A DNA stretch of 64,000 nucleotides, taken from assembly GCA_963720545.1 (NCBI GenBank), contig OY970399.1, positions 3,488,001-3,552,000 on the forward strand, in the 5' to 3' direction. The notes under the pieces were generated by a model that had not been told where the DNA came from, did no database searches, and worked only from the letters and a program-made list of their open reading frames with translations. Position 1 is the stretch's first letter. Each line of letters opens with the position of its first letter. A program made the translations under genes and the position numbers. The DNA comes from an uncultured Acidobacteriota bacterium (GTDB lineage Bacteria; Acidobacteriota; Vicinamibacteria; Fen-336). Below are positions 20,501 through 30,795 of the stretch, piece after piece.

Positions 20501-20914
20501 GGCGTGAACAACTGGATCGTCGTCGACTTTCAGAACGTGCCCAACTTCAGCAACGCCGCCCAGAAGAACTCGTTCCAGATCTGGATCGGGTACAACGGCG
20601 TTCAGGACGTCAGCTTCGTATACGACGTCATCACCAACGGCGAAGGCGGTGCCCTCACCGTCGGCGCGGAAAACGCCGGCGGCACCAGCGGCGCCAACTG
20701 GTACTACAACGGCACCGGTTCGTTGCCGACCGCGGCGACCGAACTGAACGTGACCAGCACTCCGGCCCAGGCCGGCGGCTCGCTGACGTTCAGCTACACC
20801 GCGGCCGGCGCTTACTTCGGCCCCTGGAAGACCTGCGCGGAAATGACCGCCGCCGGCATCTTCGGGACGTCGACGGCGTGCGTCAACGGGACTACGGCCA
20901 ACAGCATTCCGTAG
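17597..20914 (+). CDS. Secreted S8 subtilisin-like serine protease with I9 propeptide, PA domain and C-terminal beta domains
   Basis: IVDTG (Asp), HGSHTA (His), SAGN, GTSMASPH (Ser); signal peptide; GGAG RBS. Confidence 0.95.
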   Translation: MNRALGLSGLALGLCLAGTMGLAADSGQFRATPLEGGAAVSLPKSAKGEVSVIVKWASPSLAAYKGGIAGLSATSAQGGKRLDPSSPGARAYSKFLADKEKNFEGAMKARIPGARLVHRFRNIIGGVSVVLPKDRVKELSRLPGVEAVYPDTILALDTNRSPVNIDVPALWNKLGGQNRSGRGIIVGIVDTGIWPEHPSVAPAGMPAPPAKWHGTHCEFGSAIPGDAAFACNNKLIGAQRFMATFDAFGGGAGTPLPGEFLSARDNNGHGSHTATTAAGNANVVTPGGQVVSGMAPKAHLAAYKVCFTVPDSRGSCYSSDSAAAIEQAIADGVDVINFSIGGGNSPYSDVVSLAFLDAYDAGVFVATSAGNDGPGANTVGHREPWVTTVAATTTDKGFNGSADLAATGASLTVTGKSSTGNVNSAAPIVLSATAAGYNDDLCLNAAPAGSLTGKIVACKRGTNARVSKGVNVLAGGAVGMILYNPAPNTLNADSHALPALHIDNVQGAALVAFLTANPAATSNIIGGADDLTGIRDQVAGFSSRGGSAQQLGISKPDVGAPGVDILAAQTPLLAAVTTAGLVNGQLFQIISGTSMASPHVAGTAALLKQSHPDWTPGQIKSALMMTANVDNIMNDTGTATNNFDAGTGRITAFYADRPGVTIADSGDNYVLLQDNLSVANYPSLYVPTMAGKVTVQRTLKSVEAASRKWSIWVESSDGLFVSVPGSVTIAGGASKTISIGIDASDVPLGETRFATVRMESVKGVSKIGLRFPVTVVRKQAGINLTQSCTPTTVLAAGAAGGPTNTVCTVTAVNNLATAQAVQIVDKVPGQLKVKSVSGGTRTGNTVRGAATLSASLPPGVNVVSGTSPAGYLPLALFGVPVTGGIGDETIVNFNVPAFQYAGTTYTRIGVVSNGYVVVGGGAGADVNFNNQSLPNGAVPNNVLAPFWSDLNPAAAAAGDGVRVSTLTDGVNNWIVVDFQNVPNFSNAAQKNSFQIWIGYNGVQDVSFVYDVITNGEGGALTVGAENAGGTSGANWYYNGTGSLPTAATELNVTSTPAQAGGSLTFSYTAAGAYFGPWKTCAEMTAAGIFGTSTACVNGTTANSIP

Positions 20915-20945
20915 GCCCCTAACCGTTTCGTAGCAAGGAGTAAAG

Positions 20946-20976
20946 CGCCCCTGGGGCAAACCCCCAGGGGCGTTTC
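20946..20976 (+). terminator. Probable intrinsic terminator
   Basis: CGCCCCTGGGG-caaac-CCCCAGGGGCG followed by TTTC. Confidence 0.6.
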
Positions 20977-21057
20977 AGTTGACGGATCAAACCGAGGTTA
21001 GGTACTCTGCCCGGTCCCGTCCGTAGCCCCGACCAACCACAGGAGAAACCGGCCACG

Positions 21058-23226
<2,169 letters not shown>

Positions 23227-23250
23227 CGAGCGGTCAATTCGTCGTGCAAC

Positions 23251-23285
23251 AAGCCCCGGCCACAGCGGCCGGGGCTTTCGTCTTT
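23251..23285 (+). terminator. Probable intrinsic terminator of hppA
   Basis: AAGCCCCGGCC-acagc-GGCCGGGGCTT then TCGTCTTT. Confidence 0.7.
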
Positions 23286-23296
23286 GCGGCCAAGCA

Positions 23297-23597
23297 CTAG
23301 CGCTGGAACACGTAGACCTTGCCGTTTTTCACCGACGAGACCGTGCCCGGGACCGCGACCGCCGTGGTCGCGCCGTCGCTGTCGATCGCCTTTGCGCCCG
23401 TGCTGCGAAGATCAGCGTGCGCCTTGGGCCGAGGGCGGCAGCGAAGCGACCAGCACGGCGCTCTCGGCTGTCGCCTGCGCCCAGCCGCCGCTCGGCTTCG
23501 TGTAGACGAATATGGCACCCGGCCGGGTGATGCCCGAAATAAGCGCGCGCGGCGCGCCGACTGCGATCACGTCGCCGTCAACCGCGACGCCGGTGTC
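23297..23597 (-). pseudogene. Truncated, frameshifted FG-GAP repeat remnant
   Basis: GVAVDGDVIAVGAP...GAIFVYTKPSGGW in one frame (ends TGA), AIDSDGATTAVAVPG...GKVYVFQR* in another. Confidence 0.65.
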
Positions 23598-23727
23598 CTT
23601 CGCATGGCAACGATCCTTTTCGGCGGGACTATGCGAGCGGTCACTTGCGCGGGCATGGTGCGTGGCCTACGATCCGCAACGGTCGAACCCAACGTTCGCC
23701 AAGGGGCCGTCAGAGAAAGGGTGAAGC

Positions 23728-23934
23728 ATGGCGAAAGCGCGGCGCACGACTCACAGGAGCCGCTCCGGCAAGAAGCTTTACGCGGTGCGGGACAGCAAGG
23801 GACGCTTCAAGGACATCCAGACCTACGAGCGCGCGATGCGCGGCGACCTGGCGCGCAGCGCCGGCAGCGAGACCTCGAAGAAGTCCCGGAAGGCGACCGC
23901 AGCAAAGAAGAAGGCGGCCGCCCGCAAGAAGTAG
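23728..23934 (+). CDS. Small basic protein with Lys/Ala-rich tail
   Basis: GKKLYAVRDSKGRFKDIQTY...KKSRKATAAKKKAAARKK; AAGGGTG RBS; typical codon usage. Confidence 0.75.
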   Translation: MAKARRTTHRSRSGKKLYAVRDSKGRFKDIQTYERAMRGDLARSAGSETSKKSRKATAAKKKAAARKK

Positions 23935-23946
23935 GGGACGGTCCGC

Positions 23947-23991
23947 AAAAAAAGAAAGGCCGCCGTTTCCCCGCGGGGCGCCGGCGGCCTT
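23947..23991 (-). terminator. Terminator between convergent genes
   Basis: AAGGCCGCCG...CGGCGGCCTT stem with A7 run on + strand (U-tract on -). Confidence 0.6.
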
Positions 23992-24024
23992 CGACTTTGT
24001 CGAGGGGGATTCCCTCTGCGGCTG

Positions 24025-24582
24025 CTACTTCGCGGTGAAGTTGGTGGACAGGGAAGTGGGGCCCCAGCTCATCCGGAACGTTCCGCCGCCGGCTGCTTCC
24101 TTGAGGTCGATCGTGAACAGCTCGGCCGCCGGGCTGACCGGTGCTTCGGTGAGCGGCGCCTCAGCGACCTTCTTGCGGTCCTTGTCGTTGAAGTTCAGCG
24201 ACCACTTGTCTTCGGCCACGCGGGTGGCAGTGAGGATGTAGGTGCCGGCGGGGACCGTGACCGTGCCGAACGTCAGTTCGGCCTGGGTGTTGAGCGTGGT
24301 GGCGCCGTCCTTGCCCATGCGCCACGGCTTGCCGACCTCGGCGAGCTTCAGGGGATCGCGGCCCTGGAGAGCTGGACGGCCGTAATCGATCGACACCGTC
24401 TTGCCGGCGACCGTGACCTTCGCCTCGCCGCGCGGGGCGCCTGCCGCCGGATGCTCGGCCGGCGCGGCTGGGGCTGCCGGTGCGGCAGGAGCCGCCGGAG
24501 CCGGCTGGCTGGCCGGCGCCTGCGCCAGGGCGAATGCGGCGCCCGCGCCCGCGACTGCCAGCAGCAGAATGGTGGATTTCAT
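24025..24582 (-). CDS. DUF2911-family secreted protein
   Basis: Signal peptide, IDYGRP, WRMG...AT, VPAGTY; GAGG RBS. Confidence 0.8.
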   Translation of the reverse strand: MKSTILLLAVAGAGAAFALAQAPASQPAPAAPAAPAAPAAPAEHPAAGAPRGEAKVTVAGKTVSIDYGRPALQGRDPLKLAEVGKPWRMGKDGATTLNTQAELTFGTVTVPAGTYILTATRVAEDKWSLNFNDKDRKKVAEAPLTEAPVSPAAELFTIDLKEAAGGGTFRMSWGPTSLSTNFTAK

Positions 24583-24701
24583 CAATGACCCCTCCTCGGG
24601 ATGCTCTTGAAACGATGCGAGCATCGTAGAACGGAACCGGCCGCGCACAGCAGCGCCTGCTAGCAAAAAGGTGCAAAGCGCGCGCGCAGTCCAGCGCGGC
24701 G

Positions 24702-24992
24702 CTATTCCATGTCGAAGGGGTTGACTGGTTTCTTGTTCGGGTCGGCGGCGGCGCGCCTGCGGGCCTCTTCGAACTTCTTGTCCAGGATGTCCTTGCTATT
24801 GCGGGTCTGGTTCATGGAGCGTGCGAACTTGTCCTCGAGGGCGCCCCTTGAATTGCGCACGCGGTCCACCAGGTCGTCGAGGTCGTGCGCCGGGCCTTTT
24901 TTCTCCTCGACCCAGACGACGGCGCCGGTTTCGGCGTCGATTTTGAGCGACGCCTGGCAGCAGGGGCAGATAACATCCAAGGCTTCCGGCAT
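24702..24992 (-). CDS. Small hypothetical protein (CPCC motif + coiled coil)
   Basis: VICPCCQASLKID...KFEEA...NPFD. Confidence 0.7.
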   Translation of the reverse strand: MPEALDVICPCCQASLKIDAETGAVVWVEEKKGPAHDLDDLVDRVRNSRGALEDKFARSMNQTRNSKDILDKKFEEARRRAAADPNKKPVNPFDME

Positions 24993-25047
24993 GGCTTTCG
25001 ATGTTAGCAGTGCGGGTTCTCACCACTGCCGGGAAAAGAGTTGAAGT

Positions 25048-25062
25048 TGAAAACGGTTTTCA
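25048..25062. promoter_or_regulatory. Fur-like 7-1-7 inverted repeat
   Basis: TGAAAAC-G-GTTTTCA, AT-rich, directly upstream of bfd-bfr. Confidence 0.65.
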
Positions 25063-25076
25063 GTATCGTTTCAGCC

Positions 25077-25307
25077 ATGGCCACCACGCCGGTCGAGGCG
25101 CCCGGCTCCTCGAATCGCCGCACCAAGCAGCTGCGGGTGCGCGCGATGACGCGCTGCGAGTGCGCCGATGTCTCGTTCGCGGAGATGGCGGCGCGCATCG
25201 ACGAGGGCGAGCACCTCGACGCCGCGGCGCGCGCCACCGGCTGCGGCCAGACCTGCACCGCCTGCTGGCCCGATCTCGAGCGCTACCTGCTCGACCATCG
25301 CCGCTAA
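25077..25307 (+). CDS. bfd: Bacterioferritin-associated ferredoxin-like [2Fe-2S] protein (alt. start 25146)
   Basis: CEC...GCGQTCTAC; immediately upstream of bfr. Confidence 0.75.
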   Translation: MATTPVEAPGSSNRRTKQLRVRAMTRCECADVSFAEMAARIDEGEHLDAAARATGCGQTCTACWPDLERYLLDHRR

Positions 25308-25360
25308 AAGCCGGGAGCGGCGGCGGTAGAATCGCGCCTTTAGCGGAGGCGCAGGCATTC

Positions 25361-25831
25361 ATGAAGGGCAATCAAGAAGTCATGGCGCTGCTGAACGAAG
25401 TGCTGTGCGCGGAGTTGACCGCGATCAACCAGTACTTCATCCACGGCATGATGTGCAAGAACTGGCACTACAAGAAGCTCGCCGAGATCGGCCGCAAGGA
25501 ATCGATCGAGGAGATGGAGCACGCGCAGGTCATCATCGACCGCATCCTCTACCTCGACGGCGTGCCCAACATGCAGAAGTACATGAAGGTGAACGTCGGC
25601 AAGACCATCCCCGAACAGTTCGACTTCGACCTCGACCTGGAGCGCGGCGCCGTCGAACGCTACAACCGCGGCATTGAACTGGCGCGCGAGAAGGGCGACA
25701 ACGGCACCCGTGCCATCCTCGAGAAGCTGCTGAGCCAGGAAGAGGACCACATCGACTGGCTCGAGGGCCAGATCAAGCAGATCCAGGACATGGGTCTCGA
25801 CAACTACCTCGCACAGCAGGTCGAGGGGTGA
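25361..25831 (+). CDS. bfr: Bacterioferritin
   Basis: MKG...ELTAINQYFIH, ESIEEMEHA, RILYLDG, EEDHIDWLE, NYL. Confidence 0.97.
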   Translation: MKGNQEVMALLNEVLCAELTAINQYFIHGMMCKNWHYKKLAEIGRKESIEEMEHAQVIIDRILYLDGVPNMQKYMKVNVGKTIPEQFDFDLDLERGAVERYNRGIELAREKGDNGTRAILEKLLSQEEDHIDWLEGQIKQIQDMGLDNYLAQQVEG

Positions 25832-26856
25832 GACGGGGAGCGTACCTTGCCTGTGCCGCCGCTGTCCTGGCGCAGGCGCCGGGCGCGCCGCCGGCTGCCG
25901 GAGAGCGCCACCTGCGTAACATCCGCCAGCTCACCTTCGGCGGCCAGAACGCCGAGGCGTACTGGAGCCCGGACGGCAAGTCGCTCGTCTACCAGTCGTC
26001 CGGCGAAGGCGTGCCGTGCGATCAGGAGTTCGTGATCGACGTCGAGAGCGGCAAGTCGCGGCGTGTCTCGGACGGCCGCGGCAAGACGACATGCGGCTAC
26101 TTCTACGATGGCGGGAAGCGCATCCTGTATGCAACGACAGGACTTGTCGCGCCGGCCTGCCCGCCGCCGCCCGACTTTTCGCAAGGATACGTATGGCCCA
26201 TGTATCAGGACTTCGACGTCGTCACGGCCAAGGCGGACGGCAGCGGCATCGCCAGGCTGACGGACACGCCCGGCTACGACGCGGAAGCGACCGTCTCGCC
26301 GGACGGCAAGGCGATCGTGTTCACCTCGGTGCGCGACGGCGACCTCGAGATCTACACGATGGATATCGACGGCAGGAACGTGAAGCGCCTGACGCACGAA
26401 GCGGGCTACGACGGCGGCGCCTTCTTTTCACCGGACGGCAAGCGCATTGTCTATCGCCGCGAGGCGCTTCGCGACGAGCCGGCGGCAGCGAAGTTCAAGG
26501 AGCGCCTGGCGCGCGGCCTGTATGCGCCCGGCAACCTCGAGATCTGGACGATGGACCGGGACGGCGCCAACAAGACACAGGTGACGCACCTCGGCGCGGC
26601 CTCGTTCGCGCCCTACTTCCACCCGGACGGCAAGCGCATCGTGTTCTCGAGCAACCATCCCGATCCGCGCGGCCGCAACTTCGACCTGTACATGATCGGC
26701 GCCGACGGCTCCGGGCTCGAGCAAGTCACGACCGACCCGAGCTTCGACGGCTTCCCGATGTTCTCGCCCGACGGCAAGCGCCTGGTGTTCGCCAGCAACC
26801 GCAACGGCAAGGTGCGCGGCGAGACCAACCTGTTCGTCGCCGACTGGGTCGAATGA
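25828..26856 (+). CDS. TolB-like PD40 beta-propeller secreted protein
   Basis: Repeated WSPDGK/FSPDGK motifs; signal peptide. Confidence 0.88.
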   Translation: MRRGAYLACAAAVLAQAPGAPPAAGERHLRNIRQLTFGGQNAEAYWSPDGKSLVYQSSGEGVPCDQEFVIDVESGKSRRVSDGRGKTTCGYFYDGGKRILYATTGLVAPACPPPPDFSQGYVWPMYQDFDVVTAKADGSGIARLTDTPGYDAEATVSPDGKAIVFTSVRDGDLEIYTMDIDGRNVKRLTHEAGYDGGAFFSPDGKRIVYRREALRDEPAAAKFKERLARGLYAPGNLEIWTMDRDGANKTQVTHLGAASFAPYFHPDGKRIVFSSNHPDPRGRNFDLYMIGADGSGLEQVTTDPSFDGFPMFSPDGKRLVFASNRNGKVRGETNLFVADWVE

Positions 26857-27404
26857 CGATAGCAACGGCACAGGCGAAGGCACAGCTCTCGCTGCTGGTG
26901 AACGGCGAGCCCCGCGAGGTGGTGGCGCCCGTCCACCATTCGCTGCTCGAGGTGCTGCGCGAGGAGCTGGCGCTGCCCGGCACCAAGCACGGCTGCGAAC
27001 TGGGCGAGTGCGGCACTTGCACCGTGCTGCTCGATGGCCAGCCTGTGCTCTCGTGCCTGGTGCTGCCCGTCGAATGCGCGGGCCGCGCGATCCGCACCGT
27101 CGAAGCCATGGCCGAGGGTGCCAACCTGCACCCGCTGCAGCAGGCCTTCATCGACACCGGCGCCGCGCAGTGCGGCTATTGCACGCCGGGCTTCCTGCTT
27201 TGCGCCGAGTCGCTCCTTGCCTCCGATCCGGCTCCGGCGCGCGACACCATCGTCGCGGCGCTCGCCGGCAACCTGTGCCGCTGCACCGGCTACCTCAAGA
27301 TCTTCGAGGCGGTGGAGCTGGCCGCGGCGCGCATGCGCGGCGAATCGCCCGCGCTGCCGGTGGCGGCGGAAGTGCTCGCCGACGACTCGGGCCGGCTGCC
27401 GTGA
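26853..27404 (+). CDS. hcrC: Xanthine-oxidase-family 2x[2Fe-2S] subunit (4-hydroxybenzoyl-CoA reductase gamma-like)
   Basis: GTKHGCELGECGTCTV, QCGYCTPG, NLCRCTGY. Confidence 0.8.
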   Translation: MTIATAQAKAQLSLLVNGEPREVVAPVHHSLLEVLREELALPGTKHGCELGECGTCTVLLDGQPVLSCLVLPVECAGRAIRTVEAMAEGANLHPLQQAFIDTGAAQCGYCTPGFLLCAESLLASDPAPARDTIVAALAGNLCRCTGYLKIFEAVELAAARMRGESPALPVAAEVLADDSGRLP

Positions 27405-29779
27405 CCGGAACGCGCAACGCCGGTGTCATCGGCGAACCGCTTGCCAAGGTGGACGCGGCCGCCAAGGTCAGCGGCCAGACCGTGTTCGCGGACGACCTGG
27501 TGTTGCCGCGCATGGCCTTCGCCAAGCTGCTGCGTTCGCCGCATCCGCACGCGCGCATCCGCAGCGTCGACGCGTCGCGCGCCGCGGCGCTGCCCGGCGT
27601 CTTCGCGACACTCGTCGGCACGGAGCTACCGATACCCTTCGGCATCCTGCCGGTGAGCCAGGACGAGCATGCGCTCTGCATCGACAAGGTGCGCTTCGTC
27701 GGCGACCCGGTGGCCGCGGTGGCCGCGGTTGACGAAGAAACCGCGGAAGCCGCACTGCGCCTCATCGCGGTTGACTACGAGGTGCTGCCGGCGCTCATGT
27801 CCGTCGACGAGGCGTTGCGCGCGCCGCAGCACCGCATCCACGAATACGGGCCGCACGGCAACGTCCACAAGGAAGTGTCGTACGACTTCGGCGACGTCGC
27901 GGCCGGCTTCGCCGAGGCCGAGCACGTCCGTGAGGACACCTTCTTCTTCGAGGGCAACACCCACCTGCCGATGGAGCAGCACGCCGCCGTCGGGCACTTC
28001 GGTCCGGACGGCAAGCTGGCACTCTGGTCCGCGACGCAGACGCCGCACTACGTGCATCGCGCGCTCGCCAAGGTGCTGGAAATGCCGCCGGCGCACATCC
28101 GCGTCATCGCCTGCCCGAACGGCGGCGGCTTCGGCGGCAAGAGCGACCCGTTCAGCCACGAGATCGTGGTGGCGGCGCTGTCGCGCAAGTGCGGCCGGCC
28201 TGTGAAGGTGACGCTGACCCGCGAGGAAGTGTTCTACTGCCACCGCGGCCGCCACCCGGTGACGATGCAGGTGAAGACCGGGCTGCGCAAGGACGGCACG
28301 ATCACCGCCATGCATTTCCGCACCGCGCTCGACGGCGGAGCCTACGGCAGCTACGGCGTCGCGAGCCTCTACTACACCGGCGCACTGCAGACGGTCACCT
28401 ACAAAATACCGCGCTACAAGTTCGAGGGCGTGCGCGTCTTCACCAACAAGCCGCCGTGCGGGCCGAAGCGCGGCCATGGCACGCCGCAGCCGCGCTTCGC
28501 GCTCGAGTGCCACATCGACAAATTCTGCGAGGAGCTTGGGATAGACGCAGCGCAGTGGCGCATCGACAACACCCTGCCCGCGTACAGCGTGACCGCCAAC
28601 CACATGTACGTGCGCACCATCGGCCTGCGCAAGTGCCTGGAGCGGGTGATCGAGCGCAGCGGCTATCGCGAGAAGCGCGCTGCCAGGGTGCCGGGCCGCG
28701 GCATCGCCATCGCCGCGAGCTCATACCTTTCCGGCGCCGGCCTGCCGATTTACTGGAACCAGATGCCGCACTCGGGCGTGCAGGTCAAGGTGGACCGCGG
28801 CGGTGGCGTCACGGTCTTCTGCGGCTCCACAGACATTGGCCAGGGATCCGACTCGGTGCTCGCGTACATCGTCGCCGAGGAACTCGGCATCGCACCCAAG
28901 GACATCCGCGTCGTCACCGGCGACACCGACCTGACTCCAGTGGACCTGGGGTCGTACTCGTCGCGGGTGACGCTGATGACCGGCAACGCCGCCATCCAGG
29001 CCGCGTCGCGGGTGCGCGAGCAGATCTTCGCCGCCGCGGCGCGCAAGCTCGAGGCCGAGCCCGAAGCGCTGGCGGCAGCCGGCGGCCGCATCTTCGTCGC
29101 CGACGCTCACGGGCGTTCGCTCAGCTTCGCCGAGGCCGCGATGCTCGCCGAAGCCGCAGACGGCACCATCGGCGCGGTCGGCTCGTACACACCGCCCCGT
29201 AGCCTCGCGCGGTGGAAGGGCGGGGGCGTCGGCCCGTCACCGACCTATTCCTATTCCGCCTGTGCGCTGGAACTGCGATGCGACCCCGAGACCGGCATCA
29301 TCCGTATCGACAGGGTCTGGATCGCGCACGACATCGGCCGCTCGCTCAACCCGATGCTGGTGCTGGGCCAGGTCGAGGGCTCGGTCTACATGGGCCTCGG
29401 CGAGGCACTGATGGAAGAGCAGGTGTTCCGCAAGGGCCTGCACAAGATCCCGTCGATGCTCGACTACAAGAGCCTCACGACCTTCGAGATGCCGCCGGTG
29501 GAATCGATCATCGTCGAGACGCTCGATCCCGAAGGCCCGTACGGCGCCAAGGAAGTGGGGCAGGGGCCGCTGCTGCCGATCATGCCGGCGGTGGCGTGCG
29601 CCGTCTACGACGCGCTCGGCGTGCGCATCGACGAAGTGCCGGTGACGCCGGAAAAGATCATGGCGGCGCTCGCCGGCCGCTACAAGAAACCGGCGATGCC
29701 GGCGTTCGAGTATCCCGAGACCATGAGCGTGCCGCTGCTCGATCCCGACACGCGGCCCGTGCTGGCGGGAAAGCGCTGA
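27401..29779 (+). CDS. hcrA: Molybdopterin-binding large subunit (4-hydroxybenzoyl-CoA reductase alpha-like)
   Basis: GGGFGGK, KRGHG.PQ, DIGQGS, GSYSSRVT, GQVEG, GAKEVGQG. Confidence 0.8.
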   Translation: MTGTRNAGVIGEPLAKVDAAAKVSGQTVFADDLVLPRMAFAKLLRSPHPHARIRSVDASRAAALPGVFATLVGTELPIPFGILPVSQDEHALCIDKVRFVGDPVAAVAAVDEETAEAALRLIAVDYEVLPALMSVDEALRAPQHRIHEYGPHGNVHKEVSYDFGDVAAGFAEAEHVREDTFFFEGNTHLPMEQHAAVGHFGPDGKLALWSATQTPHYVHRALAKVLEMPPAHIRVIACPNGGGFGGKSDPFSHEIVVAALSRKCGRPVKVTLTREEVFYCHRGRHPVTMQVKTGLRKDGTITAMHFRTALDGGAYGSYGVASLYYTGALQTVTYKIPRYKFEGVRVFTNKPPCGPKRGHGTPQPRFALECHIDKFCEELGIDAAQWRIDNTLPAYSVTANHMYVRTIGLRKCLERVIERSGYREKRAARVPGRGIAIAASSYLSGAGLPIYWNQMPHSGVQVKVDRGGGVTVFCGSTDIGQGSDSVLAYIVAEELGIAPKDIRVVTGDTDLTPVDLGSYSSRVTLMTGNAAIQAASRVREQIFAAAARKLEAEPEALAAAGGRIFVADAHGRSLSFAEAAMLAEAADGTIGAVGSYTPPRSLARWKGGGVGPSPTYSYSACALELRCDPETGIIRIDRVWIAHDIGRSLNPMLVLGQVEGSVYMGLGEALMEEQVFRKGLHKIPSMLDYKSLTTFEMPPVESIIVETLDPEGPYGAKEVGQGPLLPIMPAVACAVYDALGVRIDEVPVTPEKIMAALAGRYKKPAMPAFEYPETMSVPLLDPDTRPVLAGKR

Positions 29780-30789
29780 TGCTGCGGCTGCCGCCGTTTC
29801 GCTATGTCGCGCCCGCGACCGCTCGCGAGGCCGCGGCCATCCTGGTAGCGGAAGGCGCCGACGCCATGCCCGTGGCCGGCGGCACCGACCTCTATCCCAA
29901 CATGAAGCGCCGGCAATTCACGCCGAAGGTGCTGGTCGGCCTGCGCGGCATCGCCGCGGAAGACGGCGGCCGCGCGCGCGCGATCGTTGCGAACGGCAGC
30001 CTGACACTCGGCGGGCTCGCGACGCTGAGCGAAGTCGCCGCGCATCCCGAAGTGGTCGCGCGCTGGCACTCGGTGGCGCGTGCCGCGGGCCTGGTGTCGT
30101 CGCCGCCGCTGCGCAACGCCGGCACCATCGGCGGCAACCTCTGCGTCGACACGCGCTGCAACTACTACAACCAGACCGAATTCTGGCGGCAGTCGATCGG
30201 CTACTGCATGAAGAAGGATGGCAGCATCTGCCTGGTCGCGCCAGGGTCCGACACCTGTTGGGCGCTGTCGTCGTCCGACACCGCGCCGGTGATGATCAGC
30301 CTCGATGCCGAGGTCGACCTGGTGGGCGCAGCCTCGCAGCGGCGCATCCCGGTGGCCGCCCTCTATGGCAGCGACGGCATCGCGTATCTCGCCAAGCGGC
30401 CCGAAGAGATCCTCACGGCGGTCCATGTTCCCGACCGGGCCGGCTGGCGCACCACCTATCGCAAGCTGCGCCGCCGCGGCTCGATCGACTTCCCGATCGT
30501 CGGTGTGGCCGCGGCCTTGAAGCTCGACGCCGGCGACGTCGTCGCGGACGTGCGCATCGTGCTCGGCGCCGTGCACGTGGCACCGGTGCGGGCCACTGCC
30601 GCCGAGGAGTTCCTGCGCGGGCGCGTCCTGAACGCTGAGTCGATCGAGATGGCGGCCGGCATCGCCTACAAGCCGGCGAAGCCGCTCGACAACGCCGACC
30701 TCGTCTACCACTGGCGCAAGCAGATGGTGCGGATCGAAGCGGCCCGCGCCCTGCGCGAACTCGCCGGGCTGCCGTCGCGCGACCTCTGA
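29779..30789 (+). CDS. hcrB: FAD-binding subunit with [4Fe-4S] insertion (4-hydroxybenzoyl-CoA reductase beta-like)
   Basis: AGGTDLYPN, RNAGTIGGNLC, insertion C-x15-C-x7-C-x8-C, KLRRRGSIDF. Confidence 0.82.
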   Translation: MLRLPPFRYVAPATAREAAAILVAEGADAMPVAGGTDLYPNMKRRQFTPKVLVGLRGIAAEDGGRARAIVANGSLTLGGLATLSEVAAHPEVVARWHSVARAAGLVSSPPLRNAGTIGGNLCVDTRCNYYNQTEFWRQSIGYCMKKDGSICLVAPGSDTCWALSSSDTAPVMISLDAEVDLVGAASQRRIPVAALYGSDGIAYLAKRPEEILTAVHVPDRAGWRTTYRKLRRRGSIDFPIVGVAAALKLDAGDVVADVRIVLGAVHVAPVRATAAEEFLRGRVLNAESIEMAAGIAYKPAKPLDNADLVYHWRKQMVRIEAARALRELAGLPSRDL

Positions 30790-30795
30790 TGCCGG

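Noticed and set aside
17618..20959. 1113-aa antisense ORF, and similar ones such as 57726-59996 (+), 4777-6396 (+), 7845-9599 (+)
   Set aside because: Mirror frames of real genes; stop-codon scarcity in high-GC DNA; no motifs
24455..24525. Short tandem GC repeats, also 51015-51050
   Set aside because: Encode Pro/Ala linker or poly-Ala signal sequence within CDSs
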